The position numbers and the translations under genes were made by a program. The notes below the pieces were generated by a model that saw only the letters and a list, made by a program, of their open reading frames with translations, was not told where the DNA came from and made no database searches. Shown piece after piece: positions 18,666 to 29,471 of a stretch of DNA of 32,000 bases. This stretch comes from Ferroglobus placidus DSM 10642 (GTDB lineage: Archaea; Halobacteriota; Archaeoglobi; Archaeoglobales; Archaeoglobaceae). The stretch is from assembly GCF_000025505.1 (NCBI RefSeq), contig NC_013849.1, positions 240,001-272,000 of the forward strand. Direction: 5' to 3'. Positions within the stretch are counted from its first letter, which is position 1; the number at the start of each line of letters is the position of its first letter.

Positions 18666-19441
18666 ACGATGACATTCTTGCCGAAGTTAGAAGGGATTAC
18701 GTTCTCTCAAAGATTAGGGACGGAGAGAGAATAGACGGTAGGAAGTTCGACGAAATAAGGAAAATAGAGATTCAAACCGGAGTAATCGAGAAGGCTGAAG
18801 GTTCCGCTTTGGTAAAACTCGGCAATACCCAAGTGTTAGTTGGAGTGAAAATGCAGCCCGGAGAACCTTTTCCAGATGCTCCAAATAAGGGAATTATCAT
18901 CACGAACGCCGAGCTCGTGCCTTTAGCTTCTCCAACTTTCGAACCCGGTCCTCCGGATGAGAACGCTATAGAACTTGCGAGAGTCGTTGACAGGGGAATT
19001 AGAGAGAGCGAAGCCGTTGATTTGGAGAAGCTTTGCATAGAGGAAGGTGAGAAGGTCTGGCTGATATTTATAGACATCTGGGCTTTGGATGATGACGGAA
19101 ATCTGCTCGACGCTTCTGCTTTGGGAGCAATAGCTGCTTTGCTTAATACGACAGTTCCGGCAGAAAGATTTGAAGTTGGAGACGACTTTCCCTTGCCAGT
19201 TAGAGATCTGCCGGTTGCGATTACCTCGCTTATAGTTGAAAACAAAATACTCGTGGATCCGATAAAGGATGAGACGAGCGTTGCAAAGAACTTTTTGACG
19301 ATAACCACCGACAGCGAAGACAACATCGTGGCGATTCAGAAGAGTGGCTCTTACCTACTCCCAGAGGAAAAGTTTTATGAAGCGATCGAGTTGAGCATTA
19401 GGAAAGCGAGAGAAGTAAGAAAACTGCTGGCAGAGGTGTAA
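18662..19441 (+). CDS. rrp42: Exosome complex component Rrp42
   Basis: RNase PH family: [43 protein letters not shown]...[23 protein letters not shown]. Confidence 0.96.
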   Translation: MNDDILAEVRRDYVLSKIRDGERIDGRKFDEIRKIEIQTGVIEKAEGSALVKLGNTQVLVGVKMQPGEPFPDAPNKGIIITNAELVPLASPTFEPGPPDENAIELARVVDRGIRESEAVDLEKLCIEEGEKVWLIFIDIWALDDDGNLLDASALGAIAALLNTTVPAERFEVGDDFPLPVRDLPVAITSLIVENKILVDPIKDETSVAKNFLTITTDSEDNIVAIQKSGSYLLPEEKFYEAIELSIRKAREVRKLLAEV

Positions 19442-19444
19442 GAA

Positions 19445-19705
19445 ATGGCAAGGACGAAGAAGGTTAAGATGGCTGGAAGGTTTGGACCGAGGTACGGACT
19501 TAGGATCAGGAGGGCCGTAGTTGAAATTGAAGTTCAGCAGAGAAGAAAGTACGTTTGCAGAAGATGCGGAAAGAGGGCTGTGAAGAGGGTCGGAACGGCT
19601 ATCTGGGAGTGCAAGAGCTGCGGTTACAAGTTCGCCGGGGGAACGTACATTCCGGAAACATCCGCAAGAAAAATCGTTGAGCAAGCTATAAGCAGGAGGG
19701 AGTGA
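19445..19705 (+). CDS. rpl37ae: 50S ribosomal protein L37Ae
   Basis: KKVKMAGRFGPRYGLRIRRAVVEIE...YVCRRCGKRAVKRVGTAIWECKSCGYKFAGGTYIPET. Confidence 0.97.
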   Translation: MARTKKVKMAGRFGPRYGLRIRRAVVEIEVQQRRKYVCRRCGKRAVKRVGTAIWECKSCGYKFAGGTYIPETSARKIVEQAISRRE

Positions 19706-19845
19706 GTTTGTACATCTGCGTCTTCTGCAAATCCGAAGTGGACGTGGATCTCGTGAGGAACAGGATACAGTGTCCCAAGTGCGGAAGCAGAATAGTCATG
19801 AAGCCGCGCCCGCCGGCTATGAAAAAGAGGGTTAAGGCAATCTAA
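19702..19845 (+). CDS. rpoP: DNA-directed RNA polymerase subunit P (not in ORF track, below size cut-off)
   Basis: Hand translation from GTG at 19702 (TTG at 19708 also possible): (V)SLYICVFCKSEVDVDLVRNRIQCPKCGSRIVMKPRPPAMKKRVKAI*. CxxC...CPKCGSRI and position after rpl37ae fit RpoP. Confidence 0.93.
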   Translation: MSLYICVFCKSEVDVDLVRNRIQCPKCGSRIVMKPRPPAMKKRVKAI

Positions 19846-19857
19846 CTCTTTTGTTTT

Positions 19858-20679
19858 ATGGAATGGTTCGTCGAAGAATATAACGGAGCAGCTTTAAAAA
19901 TTGCGGTAAAAAAGAAGATCGTCGAGAAATTAAGCAAATTTCAGAAAATAGAGATATACGAGACTGTTAGCTTCGGAAAAATGCTCGTTTTAGACGGAAA
20001 AATTCAGCTGACCGAAAAAGACGAGGCTTTTTACCACGAAATGCTCGTTCACGTCCCTTTAATTTCCCACAAAGATCCGAAAAAAGTTCTCATCGTCGGT
20101 GGAGGAGACGGAGGAAGTCTTAGAGAGGTTTTAAAGCACGATCCGGAAGAGGCTGTTCTCGTTGAAATAGACGGAGAAGTTATAGAGCTAAGCAAGAAGT
20201 ACCTCGGAATAGACGGAGGAGCGTTTGAAGACAATAGAGTGAGCGTTCTCGTCGAAGACGGATACGAATTTTTAAAGGAATCAAAAGAGAAGTTCGACGT
20301 GATAATAGTTGACGGCACCGATCCAAATCCTTTCAGCATGAGAATTTCGGAAGAGGAATTTTACGGGCTCTCAAATAAAAAGTGCGACATCTTCACAACC
20401 CAATCCCAATCTCCCTTCGCTCAAAGGGATTACTTCAAGCAAGTTGTTAGGAGTTTGAAAAAATCTTTTGAAAGCTTTAAAATCTACCTCGGTTTCGTTC
20501 CAACTTACCCGCTCGGCTTGTGGAGTTACGCAATAGCGAAAAACTTTGAGCTTGATTTAGATGTCGTCAAGGAAAGATTCGAAAGTAGAGAATTGAAAAC
20601 GAAGTACTACTCTCCGGAAGTTCACGTTGCAAGCTTTTCTCTGCCGAGATGGATTGAAAAGTTGATAGAGGAAGCTTAA
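19858..20679 (+). CDS. speE: Spermidine/polyamine aminopropyltransferase
   Basis: MVLDGKIQLTEKDEAFYHEMLVHVPL...KVLIVGGGDGGSLREVLKHDPEEAVLVEIDGEVIELSKKYL, the spermidine synthase signature. Confidence 0.93.
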   Translation: MEWFVEEYNGAALKIAVKKKIVEKLSKFQKIEIYETVSFGKMLVLDGKIQLTEKDEAFYHEMLVHVPLISHKDPKKVLIVGGGDGGSLREVLKHDPEEAVLVEIDGEVIELSKKYLGIDGGAFEDNRVSVLVEDGYEFLKESKEKFDVIIVDGTDPNPFSMRISEEEFYGLSNKKCDIFTTQSQSPFAQRDYFKQVVRSLKKSFESFKIYLGFVPTYPLGLWSYAIAKNFELDLDVVKERFESRELKTKYYSPEVHVASFSLPRWIEKLIEEA

Positions 20680-20692
20680 AGTTTAAGTACTC
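20680..20692 (+). promoter_or_regulatory. Putative TATA-box region for rnpB
   Basis: AGTTTAAGTAC lies roughly 25 nt upstream of the predicted 5' end of rnpB. Confidence 0.4.
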
Positions 20693-20709
20693 TGAAAGCT
20701 AACATTTCT

Positions 20710-20964
20710 GGGGGGAGAGGTGGGGGGCGGCTTCCCGGGAGGAGGAAAGTCCCCCCACCGTTAACGGCGGGACGCCGCAAGGCGTCACGCCGAGAGGCGT
20801 GGCTCCGGCACAGAAACGACACCCGCTTGGGGATACGCGAGGAGGCCGAAAGGCTGAGATCACCCAAGCGGGATGAAACGCGCCGTCCCCGCCGGTGCAA
20901 GGCGTAAGCCGCTGAGACGAATGCCGCCTTAAACAGAAGGGGGCTTACCACCACCTCTCCCCCC
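20710..20964 (+). ncRNA. rnpB: RNase P RNA (archaeal)
   Basis: CR-I GAGGAAAGTCC (20742..20752), GAGACGAATGCC and ACAGAAGGGGGCTTAC near the 3' end. The 5' GGGGGGAGAGGTGG (20710..20723) is perfectly complementary to 3' CCACCTCTCCCCCC (20951..20964). G+C-rich in an otherwise moderate-G+C genome. Confidence 0.93.
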
Positions 20965-21036
20965 AAATCGGAATATTTTTATTCAAGAAAAGACAGAAAA
21001 GATTAAAACTGTTCTCACGATAACGGAGGTGAAAAT

Positions 21037-21216
21037 ATGCTGGAGCTGATGATAGAGAGGTACGGATTAGGCGTAAAGAGGGTGTATCCAGAAGATTGCC
21101 AGCTCTGCATTTCCGGCTACACAGGAAAAAGGTGCAAGTATCTGAAAAAAGTTAAGAGAGAATACTTCTGCGTTAGAGACGCTGTAAAGGATGTAGACAA
21201 CAGATTGCTCTTCTAA
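21037..21216 (+). CDS. Small Cys-containing protein (59 aa), hypothetical
   Basis: Hand translation: MLELMIERYGLGVKRVYPEDCQLCISGYTGKRCKYLKKVKREYFCVRDAVKDVDNRLLF*. Preceded by GGAGGTG. Confidence 0.65.
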   Translation: MLELMIERYGLGVKRVYPEDCQLCISGYTGKRCKYLKKVKREYFCVRDAVKDVDNRLLF

Positions 21217-22061
21217 TTTTTTACGAACTTTTCTCCTACCTTCGCAACTTTACCCTTTCGCATCAGAATTTCGAGGTGCTTTTTGATCATGTTTCCTTCG
21301 AAGTAATCCAGCAGATCTTTGAAAAGACTGTTCTTCCTTCCGTAAATTAAGGAAAGTTTCACGAGTTCCTCCAAACTCTTAGGAGTTCTTAAAGCCTCGA
21401 GAATTTTCTCTTCCCGCTTTTTAAAATGAGAAACGAACTCTTCGAGCTTTTTAAGAGCTTCTTCTCTGCTGAAAACCCCTTCGTGAGAGCTGACGTAAAC
21501 TTCGAAGTCGAGAGTTTCAAGTTTTCTTACGCTCTTTTCGAACTTTTCTGGATCGCTTTCCGGATTTCCGTACCAAGGTCCGAATTTCGTCAAGTCGACG
21601 TCCGCTCCGAACAGAATTTTTCCATCTATTAAAAACACGTGCATGTCCCTCGTATGCCCTTCGACTTTAATCGCTTCTATCTCGTGATTCGAGGCTCTTA
21701 TGACTTCACCGCTTTCGTACTTTTCAGCTTTAAATGATCTGAGACCCATAACTTCAGAAACAACTTTCATCCACTTTTCAGCTAAAGGCGGAGCAAACCT
21801 CTTCGCGAGCGTCTCTATTTCAGTCTCAACGTCCGGAGAAAGAACTTTTTTCCCAGTTTCGTTGAAAATCCAAGCTCCAGCGGCGTGATCAGGATGGGTG
21901 TGAGTTAAAAGGAGAATATCAACTTTTTGAGAGAGCTCTCTAACGATATCTATTCCGCATCCAGCATCTATAATGACGTTTCCAACTATCAACGAATTGC
22001 AGTAAGGATACTTTCCTTTATTTTTCCCTTCAACGAAGTAAATTCCGTCAGCCAGCTTCAT
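21213..22061 (-). CDS. MBL-fold metallo-hydrolase
   Basis: LLLTHTHPDHAAGAWIF, VEGHTRDMHVFLIDGKILFGADVDL, SSHEG. Confidence 0.9.
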   Translation of the reverse strand: MKLADGIYFVEGKNKGKYPYCNSLIVGNVIIDAGCGIDIVRELSQKVDILLLTHTHPDHAAGAWIFNETGKKVLSPDVETEIETLAKRFAPPLAEKWMKVVSEVMGLRSFKAEKYESGEVIRASNHEIEAIKVEGHTRDMHVFLIDGKILFGADVDLTKFGPWYGNPESDPEKFEKSVRKLETLDFEVYVSSHEGVFSREEALKKLEEFVSHFKKREEKILEALRTPKSLEELVKLSLIYGRKNSLFKDLLDYFEGNMIKKHLEILMRKGKVAKVGEKFVKN

Positions 22062-24847
22062 ACAACGTATATCGCCGGTTTACCTGGCATAGCAGCTTTT
22101 CTCTTCTCCTCCGGCACCTTGCTCTCGTCGAGGTATACTTTAACCTTAAGCTCCTTTTCGAAGAATTCCAGAGCTTCTGAAATCACCTTTCTCTCATCGA
22201 TCTCGTAGAAATCGAAGCCCTCTTTGAAAAGTCTCTTCACGAAAGAGGGGATTTCCTTCTTCAAATCCTTAAACCTCTCGTCGCTCATTATCACTTTCAT
22301 CGCCTCTTTCATGTTTCCGGTTTGTTTGGCTATCTTAGCCACCTCCCTCTTCCATTCCTCAGCAACAGCAATATAAACTTCCTTCGCATCCTTAACGAAC
22401 TTCATAATCTCAGAAATGTCCTTCAAAAGAGTTCTGATGTAATTTTCCGCCACTTCAGCCTTTTCATCAACCTTAGACTCATCGTATTCGGGATACTTCT
22501 CAAGGCTGACAAAGTTATCGTGCTTCATACTCCAAAGCTCTTCGCAGATGTGGGGAGCGAAGGGGGCGAGAAGCCTGATCCAGTCGTCGAGAATTAAAAC
22601 AAGGTTCTTTCCACCTCTCCTCAGGTACCACCTAACATCGTTCATCATTTCGAAAAACGCAGCATTTACTGCTCTCCTCGTTTGTAGTTTTTCCATAGCA
22701 TCTCTCGTTTCCTTTATTGCTTTCTGCATTCTGCTAACAAGCCACTTATCGAGAGTCGTCATCTCCTCAGGCTCTTTGAGGTAGTTCTCCTTCACTATTT
22801 CGTAAAACCTCCTCAGATTGCTTGCCAAGCCTTCAACATCCTTCCTCCTCCAGTCAGCGTCGCTATCGTATTCGGCAGCGTGCAGGATGTAAAGCCTCGT
22901 AACATCAGCTCCGAACTCCTCAACAGCCTTCTTCATCGTCAAGAGCGGACCTTTACTTTTGCTCATTTTCTGCCCTTCCAAACTGACGTAGCCGTTTACG
23001 GCTATAGCTCTCGGCCAGTACTTTTCCGGGAATAGCGCTACGTGATGGAAGAGGTAGAAGAGGAGGTGGTTAGCGACTAAATCTTTTCCAGAGCTTCTCA
23101 GGTCTACCGGATACCAGTACTCGAACTCCCTCTTTACCTCTTCAATGACTTCTCTGCTCAAACCGCTCTTTTTGGCGACTTCTTCGACACTTCCCTTGCT
23201 TAAAAACACGTAGTCGAAAAACTCTGGAACGAGGTTTTCCGGCTTTAGCTTTCCGGAATTGACGAATTTAGCGATTATGTAATAAGCCATGTAAATCGTC
23301 GAGTCCGAAAGGCTTTCTATGAGCCATTCCCTATCCCAAGGAATTCTCGTTCCCAGTCCCTTTCTCCTCGCACAGGCTTTATCCTTCAACCACTCGATTT
23401 TATTTCTGAACTCCTTCTTGTAATATTCGGGGATTATCGTCATTCTTTCGAGATGTTCAAGCACTTTCTTCTTCCACTCTTCGTTTGAATAGTTTATGAA
23501 CCACTGATCCTTCACAACTTTAACTACGCATTTCGTTCCGCACCTGCAAACAACAGGCTTTTCGCTGAACTCGTAAAAGACGTCGCCAAGGTTGTTTTTA
23601 ATCAGGTAATCGTGAACCTTTTCCTTAGCTTCCGAAACCGGAACTCCGGGGAAGAGGGTGTTGTCGAGCATAACTCCTTTATGGTACTCTTTCTTGTAAA
23701 TTATCTTCGTAGCTTTTTCCAAAGCTTCATCCTTCTGATCTTTTATCCCCATCTCCTCAACTATCTCTTTAGCCGGAATTTCGTAATTCTCCTCCTCTAT
23801 TTTTATCAGAACTATAGGCTTCAAGCTCTCAACGAGCTTCTTATCGATTCCGTATTTTTTCAAAGTTTCTTCGTCCTCCGCAAGCTGTTTTAAGGCTACG
23901 TAATCGTAGGGAGCGTGAGCGGGGACGCTCATAACAACTCCGGTGGCATTGTCGGTGTCAATGAATTCTGCTGGAAGAATCGGCACCTTTTCTTTAGTCA
24001 CCGGATTTTCGACAACCTTTCCAAAGAACTCCTCAGCATCAACTTCTCCAAGCTTCTCGACTTTCTTATCAAAGTACTTCAACTTCTCAAATGCTTCAAA
24101 ACTCACGATCCACTTCTCCCCATCGACTTTAGCCAAAACGTACTTCGTAGGCTTCAACCAGATGTTAGTGACTCCGAAAACTGTCTCGGGTCTAAGAGTT
24201 GCACACGGAAAGATGATGTCGCCTAATCTGAACTTTATAACCGTGTACTCAACGATCGTAGCCTCTTCGCCCATTAAGAGGTCGTGATCTTCAACCGGAT
24301 TGTTGTCGTTCGGACAGAATCTGACGGGATGAGAACCTTTAACAATCAGCCCCTTCTCCTTCAACCTCCAGTACTGCCACTCGATAAATTTCTGGTAGCA
24401 TTCATCCATCGTCGTGAATTTTCTCCTCCAGTCTATGGAGTAGCCGATCATCTTCATAGCCTTTTCCGCTTCCTTTGAGAAGTACTCGACTATTCTCTCA
24501 GGAGTCGTTAAAGTCAGAAGGATTTCCTCGGGGACGTTGTGGTATTGAGTGTAAACTTTAATCGTTCTCTCGTCTCTCTTTTGTATAAGCTCAGCCAGAC
24601 CGATTATAGGAGTGCCAGTGACGTGAAATCCCATAGGAAAGAGAACGTTGTAGCCAAGCATTCTCTTATATCTCGCAACAGCATCTCCTATCGTAAACGT
24701 TCTTGTATGACCAGCGTGAAGATTTCCGTTCAAATACGGGTACGGGATGGTTATGAAAAACTTCTCTCTGTCATCCGGATCAGCCTGAAAAATTCTGCTT
24801 TCCTCCCACTTTTTCTGCCATTTTTCTTCAATCTCCCTAAAATCCAT
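22058..24847 (-). CDS. leuS: Leucyl-tRNA synthetase (archaeal type)
   Basis: PYPYLNGNLHAGHTRTF (HIGH-type) and GQKMSKSKGPLLTMKKAVEEFGADVTRLYILHAAEYDSDADWR. The ORF opens at 24886, but MDFREIEEKWQKKW starting at 24847 is the likelier start. Confidence 0.93.
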   Translation of the reverse strand: MDFREIEEKWQKKWEESRIFQADPDDREKFFITIPYPYLNGNLHAGHTRTFTIGDAVARYKRMLGYNVLFPMGFHVTGTPIIGLAELIQKRDERTIKVYTQYHNVPEEILLTLTTPERIVEYFSKEAEKAMKMIGYSIDWRRKFTTMDECYQKFIEWQYWRLKEKGLIVKGSHPVRFCPNDNNPVEDHDLLMGEEATIVEYTVIKFRLGDIIFPCATLRPETVFGVTNIWLKPTKYVLAKVDGEKWIVSFEAFEKLKYFDKKVEKLGEVDAEEFFGKVVENPVTKEKVPILPAEFIDTDNATGVVMSVPAHAPYDYVALKQLAEDEETLKKYGIDKKLVESLKPIVLIKIEEENYEIPAKEIVEEMGIKDQKDEALEKATKIIYKKEYHKGVMLDNTLFPGVPVSEAKEKVHDYLIKNNLGDVFYEFSEKPVVCRCGTKCVVKVVKDQWFINYSNEEWKKKVLEHLERMTIIPEYYKKEFRNKIEWLKDKACARRKGLGTRIPWDREWLIESLSDSTIYMAYYIIAKFVNSGKLKPENLVPEFFDYVFLSKGSVEEVAKKSGLSREVIEEVKREFEYWYPVDLRSSGKDLVANHLLFYLFHHVALFPEKYWPRAIAVNGYVSLEGQKMSKSKGPLLTMKKAVEEFGADVTRLYILHAAEYDSDADWRRKDVEGLASNLRRFYEIVKENYLKEPEEMTTLDKWLVSRMQKAIKETRDAMEKLQTRRAVNAAFFEMMNDVRWYLRRGGKNLVLILDDWIRLLAPFAPHICEELWSMKHDNFVSLEKYPEYDESKVDEKAEVAENYIRTLLKDISEIMKFVKDAKEVYIAVAEEWKREVAKIAKQTGNMKEAMKVIMSDERFKDLKKEIPSFVKRLFKEGFDFYEIDERKVISEALEFFEKELKVKVYLDESKVPEEKRKAAMPGKPAIYVV

Positions 24848-25116
24848 ATGGATTAGGGTTGAAAAAGTGAATAAAAAATTAATCATCCCGAATATTTTTC
24901 AAAATCTGAATGAACATATACAATGATAATCTGTAGACTGTATTTTCGAAGGTTTTCGGGAAAAAGTACATATTTTTTCATGACATTTCGTAAAAACCAG
25001 TCCCAAATTAAATAATGATAGATAATGATATTTTAGTGTAAAAGGTGCGTGATGGAGAGTGACGGAAGTTAGAGGAGGTAGATAAGTTAAGGATTTTTAG
25101 TTTGGAGGTGTAGTGT

Positions 25117-25896
25117 ATGATTGTTGGAGGAAATAATTTCGTAAGAAGCTTATTCTTGATGCTTGCGGTGACGCTACTGCTATCTCTATCCGCTGGAACC
25201 GGCTATGCGCAAACAGGAGAAGAGATCTTTTCGAGAAAGTGCGTAAGCTGTCATACAATAGGCGGAGGAGACTTGGTAGGTCCAGATCTCCTTGGGATAA
25301 CTGAAAAAAGGGATCGGGAATGGTTAATAAAAGTAATCGTTGATCCCGATTCCTTTTTAGACGATCCAATTCGTCAGGAGAACATCGCCAAGTACGGAGT
25401 TAAGATGCCAGATCTCGGTTTGAGCGAAGAGGAAGCTGTTAAAATAATAGAATTTCTGAGTCAGTTTGCAGCACAGCCTTCCGAAGTAACTCCCGAAGAA
25501 ACGCCAGAAGTCCCGCTGGGAGACCCGGAAATAGGTAGAGCTCTATTCATAGGGGAGATAAGGTTCGCCAATGGCGGACCTCCTTGTGTGGCTTGCCACT
25601 CTGTGAGAAGTGCTGGAATAAACGGGGGAACGCTCGCTAATGATTTAAGCGACCTCTATGCGAGGCTTGGAGACAGAGGAATCTACGGAGCTCTTAAAAG
25701 TCTTCAATTTCCGGTTATGAAGGACGTTTATGCTGGAAAAGAGCTTACTGAAGAAGAGGTTGCGAACTTGGCAGCTTTCTTTAAGGAAGCTTCCGAGATG
25801 AACAGAGCTAAATCTGACATCTATCCGTTATCTGGAATTATCTTGTTTTTAGTTGCAATTGGAGTCGCGACAGTTTATTTCAGGAGGGTGGGTTAA
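25117..25896 (+). CDS. Membrane-anchored c-type cytochrome with two haem-binding motifs, upstream of narG
   Basis: N-terminal signal/TM segment (LFLMLAVTLLLSLSAGTGYAQ), CVSCH and CVACH motifs, C-terminal TM (YPLSGIILFLVAIGVATVYF), RBS-like GGAGGTG. Confidence 0.85.
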   Translation: MIVGGNNFVRSLFLMLAVTLLLSLSAGTGYAQTGEEIFSRKCVSCHTIGGGDLVGPDLLGITEKRDREWLIKVIVDPDSFLDDPIRQENIAKYGVKMPDLGLSEEEAVKIIEFLSQFAAQPSEVTPEETPEVPLGDPEIGRALFIGEIRFANGGPPCVACHSVRSAGINGGTLANDLSDLYARLGDRGIYGALKSLQFPVMKDVYAGKELTEEEVANLAAFFKEASEMNRAKSDIYPLSGIILFLVAIGVATVYFRRVG

Positions 25897-28800
25897 ATGG
25901 CTGAAAGGATAAAAGATGTGTATTCTCCAGAGTTGAGAAGCTGGGAAGAGTTTTACCGAAACAGATGGCAGTACGATAAAGTTGTTAGGAGCACTCACGG
26001 AGCTAATTGCACGGGAAGCTGCAGCTGGTTTGTTTACGTAAAAGACGGAATAGTTACTTGGGAACTCCAAGCGACCGACTATCCGAGTTTCAACCCAGAT
26101 GTACCTAACTACGAACCAAGAGGGTGTCAGAGGGGAATTAGTGCATCTTGGTATCTCTACAGTCCGTTACGCCCGAAGTATCCTTATGTAAGGGGAGTTC
26201 TCCTCGATCTCTGGAGAGAAGCAAAGGAGAAGCACAAAGACCCGGTGGAAGCTTGGAAGAGCATCGTCGAAAATCCGGAGTTGAGGAACAAGTACGTCAG
26301 AAAGAGAGGAATGGGTGGATTCAGAAGATCGAGCTGGGATGAGGTAGTTGAGATAATAGCCGCTGCAACGATTTACACAGTTAAAAAGTACGGCCCAGAC
26401 AGAGTTATAGGATTCACGCCGATTCCAGCGATGTCGATGATAAGCTACGCCTCTGGAGCAAGATTCCTCCAGCTTTTAGGAGGAGTTTGTCTGAGCTTTT
26501 ACGACTGGTATTGCGATTTACCTCCAGCCTCTCCCCAAATATGGGGTGAGCAAACGGATGTAAACGAGTCGGCAGATTGGTATAATGCCGGATTCATCGC
26601 AATCATGGGTTCGAACTTAAACATGACCAGAACTCCAGACACCCATTACTTATCGGAAGCCAAGTATAGAGGAGCTAAAGTCGTCGTTTTCTCTCCAGAC
26701 TATAGCCAAGTTAGCAAGTTTGCTGATGTATGGATACCAATAGAGCAAGGACACGACGCAGCCTTCTGGATGGCAGCCAACCACGTCATAATGAAGGAGT
26801 TCTACTTCGATAAGGAAACTCCCTACTTCATCGAATACGTGAAAAAGTACACCGATCTACCTTTCTTAGTCAAGTTAAAGCAAGAAGGGGATGTTTTCGT
26901 CTTTGACAGATTTTTGAGGGCATCCGAAATTGAAAGAGGAAAAGATCTGAAAAATGCGGAGTGGATTCTGTGCGTTATGGACGAGAAGGGAGAGATTAGG
27001 ATTCCGAACGGAAGCATTGGATTCAGGTGGGGAGAAGAAGGAAAGTGGAATCTTGAGATGAGAGATGCCGTTGACGGAGAAGAAATTGACGTCAAACTCA
27101 GCCTCTTCGGAGAAGATTACGTGATGGTGAAGTTTTATTACGAAGACTACGGAGAGAGCATACGAGCCGTTCCAGCGAAGAAAATTAAGACAGCCAATGG
27201 AGAAGTCGTAGTCGCTACCGTCTTTGACCTCCTCGCAGCACACCTCGGAATTTCCAGAGGATTGCCAGGGGATTATCCTAAAGACTATGACGACGACAAA
27301 CCTTTCACTCCAGCTTGGCAGGAGAAGTACACGAAGATAAGCAGAAAGACGGTCATAAAGATCGCAAGAGAGTGGGCTGAGAACGGAGAGAAAACTAAGG
27401 GAAGAAACCTCGTGATAATCGGTCCCGGATTGAACCACTGGTACCACAACGATTTAAATTACAGAGCCGTTATCACGGCGTTGATATTAACTGGAAGCGT
27501 CGGAAGAAACGGAGGAGGGCTTGCTCATTACGTTGGACAAGAAAAGGTAGCTCCTATTGCCTCTTGGGCTGTTGTTGCCTTCGCACAGGACTGGGTTAAG
27601 CCACCAAGACTGCAAAACTCACCAAGCTTCTACTACGTGCACACGGATCAGTGGCGATACGATGGATGTAAGTATATAGACAAGGTCGATGGACTGCCGA
27701 AGCACACAATAGACTTCAACGTGAAAGCTGTTAGGCTTGGCTGGTTACCCTTCTATCCTCAATTCAACGAAAATCCTTTGAAGCTCGTGGAAGAGGCTCA
27801 AAAATCGGGAGCTAAGAGTGACGAAGAGATCAGGAGATGGATAGTCAATAAACTGAGGGAAGGAAGTTTGAAGTTCGCAATAGAGGATCCGGACGCTGAA
27901 GAGAACTGGCCGAGAGTATGGTTCATATGGAGAGGGAATGCCATAGGATCGAGCCCCAAGGGTCACGAGTTCTTCCTAAAGCACTTCGTTGGAGCTCCAA
28001 ACAGCAACGCAATGGCTAAAGAGGTCGCCAAGGATCTGGTTGAGGAGGTTGTTTGGAGAGAAGCTCCGGAAGGTAAGCTGGACTTAATCGTTGATTTGAA
28101 CTTCCGAATGGACACAACTGCCGTTTACTCGGACATCGTTTTGCCAGCTGCCCACTGGTACGAAAAGAACGACATTCAATCCACAGATTTGCACACATTC
28201 ATTAACTGTCTTGGAGCTGCAACATCTCCAGCTTGGGAGGCAAAATCCGACTGGGAGATTTTCAAGCTCATCGCAAAGAAATTCAGTGAGCTTGCTGAGA
28301 AGCACTTCCCGAAGCCGGTTAAAGATGTTGTAATGGCACCTCTCCTCCACGACACTCCGGAAGAGATAACCCAGCCGGAGGTCAAGGACTGGAAGAAAGG
28401 AGAGACGGAGCCAATTCCTGGAAAGACCATGCCCAAACTCGTAATAGTCGAAAGGGACTACGCCAACCTGTACAAGCGATTCATATCCTTAGGACCGGGA
28501 ATTAAAACTCTCGGAGCTCACGGAGTTAGCTGGGATGCAAGCGACATTTACGAGGAGCTTCTTGAGAAGTATCCCACGGCGAAGTGGAACGGAAACAAGT
28601 ACATTTCCCTTGAAGACGAGGTGACTGTTGCCAACGTAATTCTGACTTTTGCTCCCGAAACGAACGGAGAGATTAGCTATCGAGGATTCAAGAATTTGGA
28701 GAAGAAGGTCGGTAAAAAGCTTAGTGAAATTGTCGAACCCTACAGAAGCTACAGAGTTACTTTCGAAGATGTCGTGACGCAGCCGAGAAGAATTATCACA

Positions 28801-29466
28801 AGCCCCGTCTGGAGTGGAAACATCAACGATGGAAGAACATATTCCCCCTACACCCTCAACGTCGAATTCGAAATACCTTGGAGGACTCTAAGCGGAAGGC
28901 AGGAGCTCTACCTTGACCATCCCTACTACATAGCCTTCCACGAAGCTTTGCCAACATTCAAGCCCAAGCTCAGCCCCAAGCTTCTTGACGAGCTTGAAGG
29001 AGAAGAAGGACTGATTCTAAACTTTATAACACCTCACGGGAAGTGGAGCATTCACTCAACCTACTACGACAATCTGAGAATGCTAACTTTGTCGAGAGGA
29101 GGGCAGGTAGTCTGGATAAACGACGAAGATGCGAGGAATGCTGGAATAAACGATAACGACTGGGTAGAAGTTTATAACAACAACGGAGTCATAGTTTGCA
29201 GAGCTGTCGTTTCTTCAAGAGTGCCGAAAGGAATGGCAATAATGTACCACGCTCCAGAGAGAACTCTCTACATTCCGAAATCGAAGAAAACTGGAAGGAG
29301 AGGAGGAGTTCATAACAGCGTGACGAGAACGAGGCTCAAACCGCTTCTCATGGTTGGAGGGTATGCGCAGTTCAGCTACTACTTCAACTACTGGGGACCG
29401 ACGGGAGTGAACAGAGACACTTACGTTATTGTTAGGAACGTTATTGTTAGGAAGCTTGAGAGGTGA
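25897..29466 (+). CDS. narG: Respiratory nitrate reductase alpha subunit
   Basis: [49 protein letters not shown] and [21 protein letters not shown], about 1189 aa; closely follows the bacterial NarG pattern. Confidence 0.95.
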   Translation: MAERIKDVYSPELRSWEEFYRNRWQYDKVVRSTHGANCTGSCSWFVYVKDGIVTWELQATDYPSFNPDVPNYEPRGCQRGISASWYLYSPLRPKYPYVRGVLLDLWREAKEKHKDPVEAWKSIVENPELRNKYVRKRGMGGFRRSSWDEVVEIIAAATIYTVKKYGPDRVIGFTPIPAMSMISYASGARFLQLLGGVCLSFYDWYCDLPPASPQIWGEQTDVNESADWYNAGFIAIMGSNLNMTRTPDTHYLSEAKYRGAKVVVFSPDYSQVSKFADVWIPIEQGHDAAFWMAANHVIMKEFYFDKETPYFIEYVKKYTDLPFLVKLKQEGDVFVFDRFLRASEIERGKDLKNAEWILCVMDEKGEIRIPNGSIGFRWGEEGKWNLEMRDAVDGEEIDVKLSLFGEDYVMVKFYYEDYGESIRAVPAKKIKTANGEVVVATVFDLLAAHLGISRGLPGDYPKDYDDDKPFTPAWQEKYTKISRKTVIKIAREWAENGEKTKGRNLVIIGPGLNHWYHNDLNYRAVITALILTGSVGRNGGGLAHYVGQEKVAPIASWAVVAFAQDWVKPPRLQNSPSFYYVHTDQWRYDGCKYIDKVDGLPKHTIDFNVKAVRLGWLPFYPQFNENPLKLVEEAQKSGAKSDEEIRRWIVNKLREGSLKFAIEDPDAEENWPRVWFIWRGNAIGSSPKGHEFFLKHFVGAPNSNAMAKEVAKDLVEEVVWREAPEGKLDLIVDLNFRMDTTAVYSDIVLPAAHWYEKNDIQSTDLHTFINCLGAATSPAWEAKSDWEIFKLIAKKFSELAEKHFPKPVKDVVMAPLLHDTPEEITQPEVKDWKKGETEPIPGKTMPKLVIVERDYANLYKRFISLGPGIKTLGAHGVSWDASDIYEELLEKYPTAKWNGNKYISLEDEVTVANVILTFAPETNGEISYRGFKNLEKKVGKKLSEIVEPYRSYRVTFEDVVTQPRRIITSPVWSGNINDGRTYSPYTLNVEFEIPWRTLSGRQELYLDHPYYIAFHEALPTFKPKLSPKLLDELEGEEGLILNFITPHGKWSIHSTYYDNLRMLTLSRGGQVVWINDEDARNAGINDNDWVEVYNNNGVIVCRAVVSSRVPKGMAIMYHAPERTLYIPKSKKTGRRGGVHNSVTRTRLKPLLMVGGYAQFSYYFNYWGPTGVNRDTYVIVRNVIVRKLER

Positions 29467-29471
29467 TTGTA

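Noticed and set aside
20676-20966. Minus-strand 96-aa ORF
   Set aside because: It lies entirely over the RNase P RNA. Its composition (RRGRRVSSRLG...PPPLPPE) reflects the G+C-rich structured RNA, not a protein.
26148-28436. Multiple ORFs on other frames and the minus strand within narG
   Set aside because: All fall inside the strongly supported NarG reading frame; typical coding-strand shadows.
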